From Acidobacteriota bacterium (GTDB lineage: Bacteria; Acidobacteriota; Vicinamibacteria; Vicinamibacterales; UBA8438): a DNA stretch of 64,000 bases. The DNA is taken from assembly GCA_015659035.1 (NCBI GenBank), contig DQNS01000112.1, forward strand, positions 598 through 64,597, written 5' to 3'. The position numbers were made by a program, and so were the translations under genes. The notes beneath the pieces were generated by a model. That model had not been told where the DNA came from. It saw only the letters and a list, made by a program, of their open reading frames with translations, and made no database searches. Positions 55,077 through 64,000 of the stretch are shown here, piece after piece; positions within the stretch are counted from its first letter, which is position 1, and every line of letters starts with the position of its first letter.

Positions 55077-56783
55077 ATGCGGTTGAGCAGGATGACGGCA
55101 CGGCTTAGGCTGGCGGCCATAGCCCTCGTCGGCGTTGCAGTTGCGGCGAGCTGCGCCACACCTCCAGTTGAGCACGCCGACCTGGTGCTGCGGAATGGGA
55201 CCATCGTCACCGTGGACGATCTGATCCCAGAGGTGGACGCGCTGGCGGTTCGCGGCGACCGCATTGTGGCGGTCGGCCGCGCGGCCGAGCTCGACCGCTA
55301 CATCGGCGACGAGACACAGGTCATCGATCTCGACGGCCGCCTCGCGATTCCGGGGTTCATCGAGGGGCACGGCCACTTCCTGGGAATCGGCGACGCGACG
55401 CTGCAGCTCGATCTGAGGGGCGCCACGAGCTGGGCGGACGTCGTAGCGCTGGTCGAGGATGCGGCCGCTCGCGCCCGCCCCGGCGAGCTCATCCGCGGTC
55501 GCGGCTGGCATCAGGACAAGTGGGACCCGCCGCCATCGCCCAGTGTCGAGGGGTTGCCGCTCCACGACGCGCTTAGTGCGGTGTCGCCCGTCAACCCGGT
55601 CCTGCTGCGGCACGCCAGCGGGCATGCGACGTTGGCCAACCAGAAGGCGATGGAGCTGGCCGGCATCACCGCCGACACGCCCGACCCTTCTGGCGGGGAG
55701 ATCGTGCGCGACGCCGCGGGTAACGCGATCGGGGCGTTCCGGGAAACCGCGGCCGGTCTGCTGTCGGCCGCCAGGCGGGACGCCACGCCGGGGGTCCCGC
55801 GCCGGCGGGCGGAGCTGGCGGTCCGCGAGCTGCTCGAGAACGGCATCACCAGCTTTCAGGACGCCGGTGCGTCGTTCGCCGCCGTCGATCTCTACAAGGA
55901 CATGGTCGAGGACGGCAGCCTCGGGGTGCGGTTGTGGGTGATGCTACGTGCGTCGAACACACAGCTGGCGGCACGCCTCGCCGACTACCGCATCATCGGC
56001 TTTGGGGACGACCGGCTGACGGTGCGGGCGATCAAGCATCAGATCGACGGCGCGCTCGGCTCCCACGGGGCCTGGCTGCTCGAGCCCTACGCCGACCTGT
56101 CGGACAGCGCCGGGCTCAACACCACCCCGATCGAGACGATCGAGGAGACGGCGCGTCTGGCGCTCGAATACGGCTTCCAGCTCTGCGTCCACGCCATCGG
56201 TGACCGCGCCAACCGCGAGACGCTCGATCTGTTCGAGCGGGCGTTCCGGGCGACCCTCGGCGCGCAGGATCTCCGGTGGCGCATCGAGCATGCGCAGCAC
56301 CTGCACCCCGACGACATCCCCCGGTTCGCCGAGCTCGGCGTCATCGCGTCGATGCAAGGCAAGCACGCCACGTCGGACGGGTCATGGGTGCCGGACCGGC
56401 TTGGCGACCGCCGGTCTGAAGAGGGGGCCTATGTCTGGCAGCGGTTGCTCGCCGCCGGCGCCGTCGTCAGCAACGGCACCGATGCCCCGGTCGAGAACGT
56501 CAGCCCGGTTGCCAGCTACTACGCCACCGTGTCACGCAAGCTTGATGATGGGTCGATCTTTTATCCCGACCAGCGGCTGAGCCGGCTCGACGCGCTGCGG
56601 ACCTATACGATCAATGCGGCGTACGCCGCGTTCGAGGAAGACCTGAAAGGATCGCTGACGCCGGGGAAGCTGGCCGACATCACCGTGCTGTCGAAGAACA
56701 TCCTGACGGTTCCCGAAGAAGAGATCCCGTCCACCGAGGTCGTCTACACGATCGTCGGTGGGCGGGTCATGTATCAACGGTGA
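55077..56783 (+). CDS. amidohydrolase family protein (YtcJ-like), lipoprotein signal
   Basis: MRLSRMTARLRLAAIALVGVAVAASC is the signal. Motifs are PGFIEGHGHF, VHAIGDRAN and GTDAPVE. Confidence 0.85.
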   Translation: MRLSRMTARLRLAAIALVGVAVAASCATPPVEHADLVLRNGTIVTVDDLIPEVDALAVRGDRIVAVGRAAELDRYIGDETQVIDLDGRLAIPGFIEGHGHFLGIGDATLQLDLRGATSWADVVALVEDAAARARPGELIRGRGWHQDKWDPPPSPSVEGLPLHDALSAVSPVNPVLLRHASGHATLANQKAMELAGITADTPDPSGGEIVRDAAGNAIGAFRETAAGLLSAARRDATPGVPRRRAELAVRELLENGITSFQDAGASFAAVDLYKDMVEDGSLGVRLWVMLRASNTQLAARLADYRIIGFGDDRLTVRAIKHQIDGALGSHGAWLLEPYADLSDSAGLNTTPIETIEETARLALEYGFQLCVHAIGDRANRETLDLFERAFRATLGAQDLRWRIEHAQHLHPDDIPRFAELGVIASMQGKHATSDGSWVPDRLGDRRSEEGAYVWQRLLAAGAVVSNGTDAPVENVSPVASYYATVSRKLDDGSIFYPDQRLSRLDALRTYTINAAYAAFEEDLKGSLTPGKLADITVLSKNILTVPEEEIPSTEVVYTIVGGRVMYQR

Positions 56784-56904
56784 TTCGCCTTGTGCGACTC
56801 AAGGCACTTACTCGACTCTGGCCCGAGCCTGCCGGGCCGTCGGTCCGCGCGCAGGCCGCCACCGAGAGAATCAGGATCCCCGCGACTGCGACGACGAAGC
56901 AGAA

Positions 56905-56945
56905 GGCGCGAAACCCTCAGGCTTTCTCCTGTCTCCTGTCTCCTC
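56905..56945 (+). repeat. CTCCTGY heptad-family repeat, copy 6
   Basis: GGCGCGAAACCCTCAGGCTTTCTCCTGTCTCCTGTCTCCTC lies between convergent genes. Confidence 0.8.
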
Positions 56946-56954
56946 GGGAGTTCC

Positions 56955-58253
56955 TCAATCCTGCAATCCCGACGGCAACCGCGGCGAAGCCAGCAGCCCC
57001 GCGAAGGCCGCCCATCGATTCTCGGGCCGGCCGAGGCTCCGCGCCTCGACGAACGCGGCGACGAGATCCTTGCCGAGGTTGTAGTTGATGACGTAGCTCC
57101 GGTACTGGTCGAAGAACCGGGTGCGTTGCTCGGCCCGCGCCGGCGCCATCATCGCGTATCGCGTCAGCCAGTCGGCGGCGGCGGCTCGGTCGATGTCGCC
57201 GTTCAGATACCGGCGCGCTGCTTCGTTGCCCGCGTAGTCGAGTTGTCCGACGAGCGCCTGCACCTGGTAGTACTCTGTCGCGCGCGATGCGTCCAGCCCC
57301 GCGGCCGGGAACAGCACCTCCCGCTCGAACGCCAGCCGTTCCTCGTTCGGGAACGCGACCTCGATACCGTAGTTGGCGGTGCCCTCCGCGATCAGCGACT
57401 GTGGGGAGAAGAGCGCGTAGACGGAGAACTCGGGCCATCCCCGTTCGCGGACCAGGTGCTGCTCGAGCAGCACGTTGTACACGTGATGCCCTGGGTAGCC
57501 TTCGTGACACGCCAGATCGATCGCGCGGTCGATGTAGATCGGCAGGTCGGTGTTGACCTGGATCAGGCTGCGGAAACCGCCCTGATACCAGTTGTAGCCG
57601 CTCCACGACTTGTCGGTGACGTACTCCACGGTGAAGCGCTCGCCGGCGGGCAGCTCGACATGCTCCTGTGTGCGCCGCCGGCATTCGGCGATGGCCGCCT
57701 CGAACACCTGGTCGAGCCGGTCCGATGGGATGACGAAGTCCACGCGGAATGCGCCGTACCGATCGCCCAGCGTGCCCTGCCCCGGGAGCGCCCGTGCGAG
57801 CCGGGTCAGGGTGTCCTCGAAGTGCGAGTCGGGGTGGCGCGGCGCGACCGCGTCGTAGAGGGCGCTCGATTCGTCGTCGAACGCAAGCGACCGCCCACCC
57901 AGCATCCCGACCCGTGCCTGCAGCGCGTCGAGCTGCCGGCGCAGATACTGGTGCCGCAGCTGTACCAGTTCATCCGGGTCCGGGACGGTCGCGGTCCGAT
58001 CCAGTTCCGTGATCAGCGCGCCGGCCTCGGCGCCGATCTGGTCGAGCGTCAGCGGCCGCCCTTCGGCTTCGGCGCGCCACGCCTCCGGACCGTAGTACGC
58101 GTCGACGTAGTCGCCATCGTGCTGCCCCATTGCCAGCACCAGCTTCACGTAGCGTTCGGCGAGGTCGTTCATGTCGCTGTTCGATTGTGCCTGTCCGGCC
58201 GCGACCCCGGTCACGATCATGACGGCGAGCACGAGATGGCGGGGGTGGGTCAT
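56955..58253 (-). CDS. DUF885-like exported protein (HEGYPGHH motif)
   Basis: MTHPRHLVLAVMIVTGVAAGQAQS is the signal peptide. LACHEGYPGHHV is as in DUF885 metallopeptidase-like proteins. Confidence 0.7.
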   Translation of the reverse strand: MTHPRHLVLAVMIVTGVAAGQAQSNSDMNDLAERYVKLVLAMGQHDGDYVDAYYGPEAWRAEAEGRPLTLDQIGAEAGALITELDRTATVPDPDELVQLRHQYLRRQLDALQARVGMLGGRSLAFDDESSALYDAVAPRHPDSHFEDTLTRLARALPGQGTLGDRYGAFRVDFVIPSDRLDQVFEAAIAECRRRTQEHVELPAGERFTVEYVTDKSWSGYNWYQGGFRSLIQVNTDLPIYIDRAIDLACHEGYPGHHVYNVLLEQHLVRERGWPEFSVYALFSPQSLIAEGTANYGIEVAFPNEERLAFEREVLFPAAGLDASRATEYYQVQALVGQLDYAGNEAARRYLNGDIDRAAAADWLTRYAMMAPARAEQRTRFFDQYRSYVINYNLGKDLVAAFVEARSLGRPENRWAAFAGLLASPRLPSGLQD

Positions 58254-58543
58254 GGCGTCAGGGTCCGGTCAAGAATAACTTCACATGTTGCTGAGCGCGA
58301 TGAGGTTAGGGGGCGCCATGCTGGCCTCGGACCGGCGGACGCGCGCAACTTGATGCCAACCCGCCTGTTTGGCTATGCTCTGTGTTTGTTTCGTTGTATG
58401 GGGCTGGGTGCGGCTGGATTCATCCGGCCTTTTGTGTCTCCAGTGCGTCTCTGACAGGAAGGCGGGCGGGAGTCCGAAGAAAGCGAATCGACGTGGAACA
58501 GGATACCGCGGTGAGCACGGATCCGGAAGTGCGGCCGGCGCCC

Positions 58544-59356
58544 ATGCCCTCGGCGCCGGTCACGATGATCGAGGCGCACGGCCTCAGCAAATACTACGGT
58601 CCGTTCGTCGCGGTGCAGGGCGTCTCGTTCTCGATACCCCAGGGGCAGGTGGTCGCGTTTCTCGGGCCGAACGGGGCCGGCAAGACCACGCTGATGCGGA
58701 TGCTCACCGGCTTCCTGGCGCCCAGCGCCGGCCGGGCGGTGATTGCCGGCTTCGACGTCCGCGAGCAACGCATCGAGGCCTCGAAGCGGCTCGGCTACCT
58801 GCCGGAGAGTGGTCCGCTCTATCCCGACATGACCCCGCTCGAGCTGCTGCGGTTCTTCGGCGAGGCGCGGGAGCTGTCGCCGGGCACCCTGAAACGGCGC
58901 ATCGACGCGGTGGTCGAGATCTGTGCGCTGGAGCTGGTGCTCGAGAAGCCGATCGGGAAGCTCTCCAGGGGCTACAAACAGCGGGTCGGGCTGGCGCAGG
59001 CGCTGTTGCACGACCCCGAGGTGTTGATCATGGACGAGCCGACCGCCGGGCTCGACCCGAACCAGATCAAGCAGTTCCGCGACAACATCCAGCGGCTGGG
59101 GCGGACCAAGACCCTGTTGATCTCGACCCACATTCTGCAGGAGGTCGAGGCGGTGGCCGACCGGGTCCTGCTGATTCATGACGGGCGTCTGCTCTACGAC
59201 GGTCCCCGCGTCGACCTCGAGCAGAACGGGTCGCTCGAGGAACCGTTCTACCGGTTGACACGCGAGCCGGCGGCGGACGCGGCGCCTGACGCCGAGGCTC
59301 GCACTCCGCCGGTCGCATCGGGCGACGCGACGCCACCGGGCGGTCCGGACCAATGA
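58544..59356 (+). CDS. ABC transporter ATP-binding protein (GldA-like, ABC-2 type)
   Basis: Walker A is GPNGAGKTT, the signature is LSRGYKQR, and Walker B is LIMDEPTAGLD. The start could also be ATG 58565. Confidence 0.85.
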   Translation: MPSAPVTMIEAHGLSKYYGPFVAVQGVSFSIPQGQVVAFLGPNGAGKTTLMRMLTGFLAPSAGRAVIAGFDVREQRIEASKRLGYLPESGPLYPDMTPLELLRFFGEARELSPGTLKRRIDAVVEICALELVLEKPIGKLSRGYKQRVGLAQALLHDPEVLIMDEPTAGLDPNQIKQFRDNIQRLGRTKTLLISTHILQEVEAVADRVLLIHDGRLLYDGPRVDLEQNGSLEEPFYRLTREPAADAAPDAEARTPPVASGDATPPGGPDQ

Positions 59357-62193
59357 CGGGAGACGACGAACCAACGATGGGGAGCAGGGTCAACTTCGCG
59401 TTCGTGCGGGCGCTGGCCAAGCGGGATCTGCGACTGTATTTTAACAGCCCGTCCGGCTACGTCTTCATCACGCTGTTCATCTTCCTGAGCGCGGCCGCCG
59501 CGTTCTGGCAGGACCGGTTCTTTCTCGACAACCTGGCCAACCTCGACCAGCTCAACCGGCTGTTTCCGTTCTTGTTGCTGCTGTTCATTCCGGCACTCAC
59601 GATGTCGGTCTGGTCGGAGGAGCAGCGGCTCGGCACCGCCGAGCTGCTCTTCACGCTGCCGGCGACCGACCTCGAGATCGTGCTCGGCAAGTATGCCGCG
59701 ACGCTCGGCATCTACAGCGCAGCGCTCGTGCTGGCGGTGCAGTACGTGCTCGTCCTTTGGTTCCTCGGGAGCCCGGATCTTGGGCTGATGTTCGGCAACT
59801 ATGTCGGCTACTGGCTGGTGGGTGCCGCGCTGGTGCCGGTCGGCATGCTGGCGTCGCTGCTGACGGCGAACATGACGGTGGCGTTCATCCTGGGCGCGGT
59901 GTTCTGCGGGGCGGTCATCTTCATCGACACCCTGGTGGGGTCGTTCAGCGCTGACGCCAGCCGGCTGGTGGCGCCGCTCAGTGTCTTCAACCCGTTCTGG
60001 GACTTCTCGAAGGGCGTGCTGACCGTCTCGGGGCTGCTCGCCTTCGTGTCGGTGGCCGGTTTCTTCCTCTACCTGAACACGCTGATGGCCGGCCGGCGCC
60101 ACTGGCCGCGCGAGGCCGACGGCTACCCGATGTGGTCGCACCACACGGTGCGCGCGGTGGCGCTGGCGGTGGCGCTCGTGGCGGGCAACGCCGTGGTGGC
60201 ACGCGTCACGTTCCTGCGGCTCGACGTGACCGCCGAGCGGTTGTCGTCCTTGAGCGACGAGACCCGCCGGCTGATCGCCGCGCTGCCGGACGACCGGGCG
60301 GTGTTCATTCAGGCGTTCCTGAGCCCGGTGGTGCCGGAGCCGTTCGTGCAGGCGCGGTCGAACCTCATCGGCATCCTCCAGGAGATCGACGCGCTGGGGG
60401 GGCCGAAAGTCGAGGTGCTAATCCAGGACACCGAGCCGTTCACCGACGCCGCCGTCAGCGCGCGCGAGAAGTTCGGGATCTTGCCGCGCGCGATGCGCGA
60501 CCTCAGTGGTGGGCGGTCGTCGATCGCCGAGGTGTTTCTCGGGGTGGCGTTCACCGCCGGCGCCGAGCAGCAGGTGATCCGGTTCTTCGACCGTGGGTTG
60601 TCGACCGAGTACGAGATCGTCCGCACGATCCGGGTCGTCGCCGGCAGCGAGCGGAAACGGGTGGGCGTGGTCGACACGATGGCGAAGATTTTCGGTGGCC
60701 AGAATCTGACCAGCCAGCAGCAACTGCCGCAGTGGTCGGTGGTCAACGAGTTGCGCAAGCAATACGAGGTGGTGGAGGTCAACGCCGAGTTCCCGATCCC
60801 CCCCGACATCGACGCGATCCTGGTGGCGCTGCCGTCGTCGATGCAGACCGACCAGATGTCCAACGTCGCCGACTACATCCGTCAGGGGAAGCCGGCGATG
60901 ATCCTGGTCGACCCGATTCCGGCCGTGAATCCGACGCTGTCGCCGACCGAGTGGGTGGGCGACGGCAACCCGTTCACCTACCCGCCCGGCAGCCCGCGCC
61001 CCGGGCCGCGCGGGAACGTGCGGCAGTGGGTCCGCGACCTGGGGGTCGACTGGGAGCCGACCCGCATCGTCTGGGACAGCTACAACCCGCACCCGGACCT
61101 GTCGCAGATGCCGTTCGAGGTGGTGTTCCTCGGCGCCGGGAACGAAAACGAGGCAACGTTCAACCCGGACGTGGACGTCACCAAGGACCTGCAGGAGCTG
61201 GTGTTTCTGTATCCGGGGTTCCTGCTGCCGGTGGATGACGACGACGCGGGCATCGAGTTCGAGCCGCTGCTGCGGTCCGGTGTCGTCTCGGGACAGAGCG
61301 GCTACTTCACGCTGGTCCAGCAGACCTTCTTCGGGCCGTCGATGGTGCCCAACCCGACGCGGCAGCAGGACGAGCTGGACTTCATCCTCGCCGCGCGGGT
61401 CCGCTCGGCTGGCCCGGCAGGGAGTGACCCGCCACCGACCGGATCGGACGAGCCCGACTCGGTCGAGCCCGAATCGGACGAGACTGCCGACGGGGAAGAG
61501 ACCGCAGACGAAGAGACCCAAGACGAAGAGTCCCAAGAGGGTGAGGACGACACTCCAGAGTCGCCCTGGGTCACCGAGGGCCCGCTCAATCTGGTGGTCG
61601 TTGCCGACCTCGACTTCATCAGCGAGCAGTTCTTCCAGATTCGCGAGGTGGCGCCAGGCAACCTGAACTTCGACAACGTCACCTTTTTCCTCAACGCGAT
61701 GGACTCGCTGCTCGAGGACGACTCGTTCATCGGGCTTCGCAGTCGCCGTGCCCGCCACCGGACCCTGGAGCGGGTCGAGGCGCAGACCGCCGAGTTCGTC
61801 GAGCAGCGGACGCTCGACGAGCAACAGGCGGAGGAAGAGGCGGAGCAGGCGCTGACCGATGCGCAGAACCGGCTGAACGAGCGTGTGGCCGAGGTGCAGA
61901 ACCGGACCGATATCGACGCGCAAGCCAAACAGATCATGGCGCGCAACCTCGAAGAGGTCGAGAACCGGCGCCTCAGCGTGCTGTCGACCAACATCGAAAC
62001 CGAGAAGGACACAAAGAACCGGGCCAGTCTCGAGCGGATGGAGACCCAGGTCCGGCGGATTCAGAGCACCATCAAGACCTTCGCGATTCTGCTGCCGCCG
62101 GTCCCGGTGTTCGCGTGGGGTATGTGGACCTTCGTGCGACGCCAGCGGCGCGAACGCGAAGGCGCCGCCGCGGCCAGGCGGCTGCGGGAGTAA
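59353..62193 (+). CDS. fusion of an ABC-2 permease (GldF-like) with a GldG-like auxiliary domain; acidic insert, C-terminal coiled coil and TM anchor
   Basis: The ATG overlaps the upstream stop (ATGA). The N-terminal 250 aa has 6 TM segments. It is followed by a GldG-like region (VFIQAFLSP...), the tract DEPDSVEPESDETADGEETADEETQDEESQEGEDD, and a terminal TM. Confidence 0.7.
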   Translation: MTGDDEPTMGSRVNFAFVRALAKRDLRLYFNSPSGYVFITLFIFLSAAAAFWQDRFFLDNLANLDQLNRLFPFLLLLFIPALTMSVWSEEQRLGTAELLFTLPATDLEIVLGKYAATLGIYSAALVLAVQYVLVLWFLGSPDLGLMFGNYVGYWLVGAALVPVGMLASLLTANMTVAFILGAVFCGAVIFIDTLVGSFSADASRLVAPLSVFNPFWDFSKGVLTVSGLLAFVSVAGFFLYLNTLMAGRRHWPREADGYPMWSHHTVRAVALAVALVAGNAVVARVTFLRLDVTAERLSSLSDETRRLIAALPDDRAVFIQAFLSPVVPEPFVQARSNLIGILQEIDALGGPKVEVLIQDTEPFTDAAVSAREKFGILPRAMRDLSGGRSSIAEVFLGVAFTAGAEQQVIRFFDRGLSTEYEIVRTIRVVAGSERKRVGVVDTMAKIFGGQNLTSQQQLPQWSVVNELRKQYEVVEVNAEFPIPPDIDAILVALPSSMQTDQMSNVADYIRQGKPAMILVDPIPAVNPTLSPTEWVGDGNPFTYPPGSPRPGPRGNVRQWVRDLGVDWEPTRIVWDSYNPHPDLSQMPFEVVFLGAGNENEATFNPDVDVTKDLQELVFLYPGFLLPVDDDDAGIEFEPLLRSGVVSGQSGYFTLVQQTFFGPSMVPNPTRQQDELDFILAARVRSAGPAGSDPPPTGSDEPDSVEPESDETADGEETADEETQDEESQEGEDDTPESPWVTEGPLNLVVVADLDFISEQFFQIREVAPGNLNFDNVTFFLNAMDSLLEDDSFIGLRSRRARHRTLERVEAQTAEFVEQRTLDEQQAEEEAEQALTDAQNRLNERVAEVQNRTDIDAQAKQIMARNLEEVENRRLSVLSTNIETEKDTKNRASLERMETQVRRIQSTIKTFAILLPPVPVFAWGMWTFVRRQRREREGAAAARRLRE

Positions 62194-62204
62194 GGAGAGC
62201 ACCC

Positions 62205-62240
62205 AAGGAGTCAGGAGGCAGGAGTCAGGAGAAGAAGGAC
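62205..62240 (-). repeat. CTCCTGY heptad-family repeat, copy 7 (purine strand on +), just upstream of the next start codon
   Basis: AAGGAGTCAGGAGGCAGGAGTCAGGAGAAGAAGGAC ends 7 nt before ATG 62248. Confidence 0.8.
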
Positions 62241-62247
62241 ACGACCC

Positions 62248-63645
62248 ATGAGCGAACTGAAGAAGACCACGATGTTCGGCGGCGCGGCGATACTGCTGGT
62301 CGCGCTGGCGTTGTTGACCGTACCGCGACGTGCCGTCCCCGAAGACTTCTCCGATGTCGGCGAGACCTTCTTCTCGGAGTTCACCGACCCGGCGACCGCC
62401 ACCAGCCTCGAGGTGGTCGAGTTCGACGAGGACACCGCAGCGGCCGCGACCTTCCGGGTGACCAACCGGAACGGGCTCTGGACGATTCCGTCGCACCATG
62501 ACTATCCGGCCGACGGCAAGGAGCGGCTCGCCAACACCGCCGCCGGCGTCATCGCGATCACCAAGGACGACTTCCGCTCTGACAACGTGACCGACCACGA
62601 GTCGTTCGGGGTGATCGACCCGCTCGACCAGAGCGTCAGCACGCTCCGCGGCCGTGGCCGGCGGGTGACCTTCAAGGGCGCGAGCGAGCAGGTGCTGGCC
62701 GACCTCATCATCGGCGGTCGGGTGGAGGGGCGACCCGGCTACAACTTCGTGCGGGTGCCGGACCAGAACCGGGTCTACGCCGCGCGCACTGACATCAACA
62801 TCTCCACCCGGTTCAACGACTGGATCGAGACCAACCTGCTCGGGGTCGAGCGCGACGACGTGAAGCGCACCGTGCTCAACGAGTATGAGATCGACGAGCG
62901 GACCGGCGCCGTGCGGCGACGTGGCGAGTTCATCGTCGATTGGGTCGAGGACTATGAATGGACCGCCAACGACGTGCCGGCGGGCATGGAGGTCGACTAC
63001 GTCCAGATGAACCTGCTGGTCGGCGGCATCATGGGGCTCGAGATTGTCGGTGTGCGGCCGAAGCCGGAAGGGCTGTCCGGCAACCTGCGGCAGGCGTTCG
63101 AGGAGCGGACGATCACCAACGCCGACCTGCAGACGATGCAGTCACGCGGGTTCTACCCGACCCAGGCCGGCGACATGCTCTCGAACGAGGGCGAGCTGCT
63201 GGTCCGGACCGAAGAGTCGGTGCTCTACACGCTCCGGTTCGGCGAGATCCTCTATGGCAGTGGCAACGCCGTCGCGATCGGCGACGAGACCAGCGACGAC
63301 GAGGAGACCGGGGTCGGCGAAAACCGCTACGTGCTGATTACCGCCGAGTTCGATCCGTCCGGTCTGCCCGAGCCGTCACGGCCGTCCAACCGTGACTTCG
63401 AGAACAAGGCGGAGGGGCAGTGGACCGACGCCGACCGCGAGAACAAGGAGCGGGCGGACCTCTACGCCCAGTGGGAGCGTCGCACCGAGACCGGCCAGCG
63501 TCGCGCCGAGGAGCTCTCCACCCGCTTCGCGAAGTGGTACTACGTGATCTCCGCCGGGAGCTACAACCGCGTCCACAAGACCCGCGAGGATTTTCTGAAG
63601 GAGATCGAAGAAGAAGACGAGGAGCCGGTCGAGCCGCCCGCATAG
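62248..63645 (+). CDS. DUF4340-like protein (partner of GldG-type ABC systems), N-terminal TM anchor
   Basis: [25 protein letters not shown] is the N-terminal anchor. The call rests on its position after the GldF/G fusion and on the family from memory. Confidence 0.6.
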   Translation: MSELKKTTMFGGAAILLVALALLTVPRRAVPEDFSDVGETFFSEFTDPATATSLEVVEFDEDTAAAATFRVTNRNGLWTIPSHHDYPADGKERLANTAAGVIAITKDDFRSDNVTDHESFGVIDPLDQSVSTLRGRGRRVTFKGASEQVLADLIIGGRVEGRPGYNFVRVPDQNRVYAARTDINISTRFNDWIETNLLGVERDDVKRTVLNEYEIDERTGAVRRRGEFIVDWVEDYEWTANDVPAGMEVDYVQMNLLVGGIMGLEIVGVRPKPEGLSGNLRQAFEERTITNADLQTMQSRGFYPTQAGDMLSNEGELLVRTEESVLYTLRFGEILYGSGNAVAIGDETSDDEETGVGENRYVLITAEFDPSGLPEPSRPSNRDFENKAEGQWTDADRENKERADLYAQWERRTETGQRRAEELSTRFAKWYYVISAGSYNRVHKTREDFLKEIEEEDEEPVEPPA

Positions 63646-63684
63646 CCCGTCGTGCCCACCCCGTCACAAAGCCCTTTTCGCCTT

Positions 63685-63729
63685 CGCCGAGGCTTCGGCG
63701 GACAGACACGGGCGACCCCGAGAGGGGTC
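63685..63729 (+). terminator. two short GC hairpins after the DUF4340-like gene
   Basis: CGCCGA-GGCT-TCGGCG (63685..63700) and GACCCC-GAGA-GGGGTC (63714..63729). Confidence 0.45.
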
Positions 63730-63854
63730 AAGGTTCCTACGCGCCGGCCGAATCAGGCTCCGAGGGCTCTGGACCGGCGGCGGTGCGAATGGCGTTGAGC
63801 GCCGCTGCACACCAACATCAGCGCTCCCCGTCGATCTGGTACATTAATGCCCGC

Positions 63855-64000
63855 ATGGGCAAGACACTGCTCCAGAAGGTCTGGGACCTCCACACCGTGC
63901 GGCGGCTGCCGACCGGGCAGACACAGCTCTTCATCGGGTTGCATCTGGTCCACGAGGTGACGACGCCGCAGGCGTTCGACATGTTGCGGGCGCGGGGCAT
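63855..64000 (+). CDS. leuC: 3-isopropylmalate dehydratase large subunit, N-terminal part (continues beyond the window)
   Basis: [48 protein letters not shown] aligns with E. coli LeuC (MAKTLYEKLFDAHVV...[21 protein letters not shown]). Confidence 0.85.
   Translation, partial: MGKTLLQKVWDLHTVRRLPTGQTQLFIGLHLVHEVTTPQAFDMLRARG

Overview
High-GC bacterial chromosomal segment: a hand count of one typical 60-nt stretch at 10201-10260 gives 44/60 G+C. It is densely coding on both strands, and I support about 55 protein genes. I recognised no rRNA, tRNA, CRISPR array, integrase or transposase. The gene repertoire includes an acidobacterial-type PadR remnant, an ADOP/FtsX permease remnant, many signal-peptide or Tat-exported hydrolases, a multihaem cytochrome and two ECF sigma modules. 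This is consistent with, but does not prove, an Acidobacteriota-like soil or sediment organism.

Main blocks:
- An exported PQQ dehydrogenase divergent from a cytochrome c protein.
- An octahaem cytochrome.
- A Tat-exported fused molybdo-iron-sulfur oxidoreductase plus its FAD subunit.
- A complete selenocysteine-type formate dehydrogenase-N locus (fdhD, fdnGHI, fdhE).
- ECF sigma, anti-sigma and YbjQ as one coupled unit.
- A P450 and an M1 aminopeptidase.
- Two alkaline-phosphatase-superfamily genes.
- A decayed PadR/HlyD/ABC efflux locus.
- A run of exported hydrolases.
- A GldA/GldF-GldG/DUF4340-type ABC locus.
- The start of leuC.

Most notable observations:
1. A second in-frame UGA falls exactly at the CxxC redox motif of a two-domain AhpD/CMD-family protein and is followed by a SECIS-like hairpin. 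This is a predicted CxxU selenoprotein that ORF calling splits in two.
2. A dispersed repeat family built from CTCCTGY heptads (anti-Shine-Dalgarno or Shine-Dalgarno-like, depending on strand). It has seven copies, including five perfect tandem units in the fdhD/fdnG control region and an inverted pair splitting fdnH from fdnI.
3. A 50-bp inverted-repeat pair enclosing a lone HExxH gene.
4. A perfect 46-bp direct repeat bracketing an ECF sigma cassette.
5. Heptamer direct repeats phased at 11 bp (Pho-box-like architecture) upstream of the phosphoesterase genes.
6. Several orphan gene fragments.

All functional calls rest on motifs I recognise by eye; no database search was possible.
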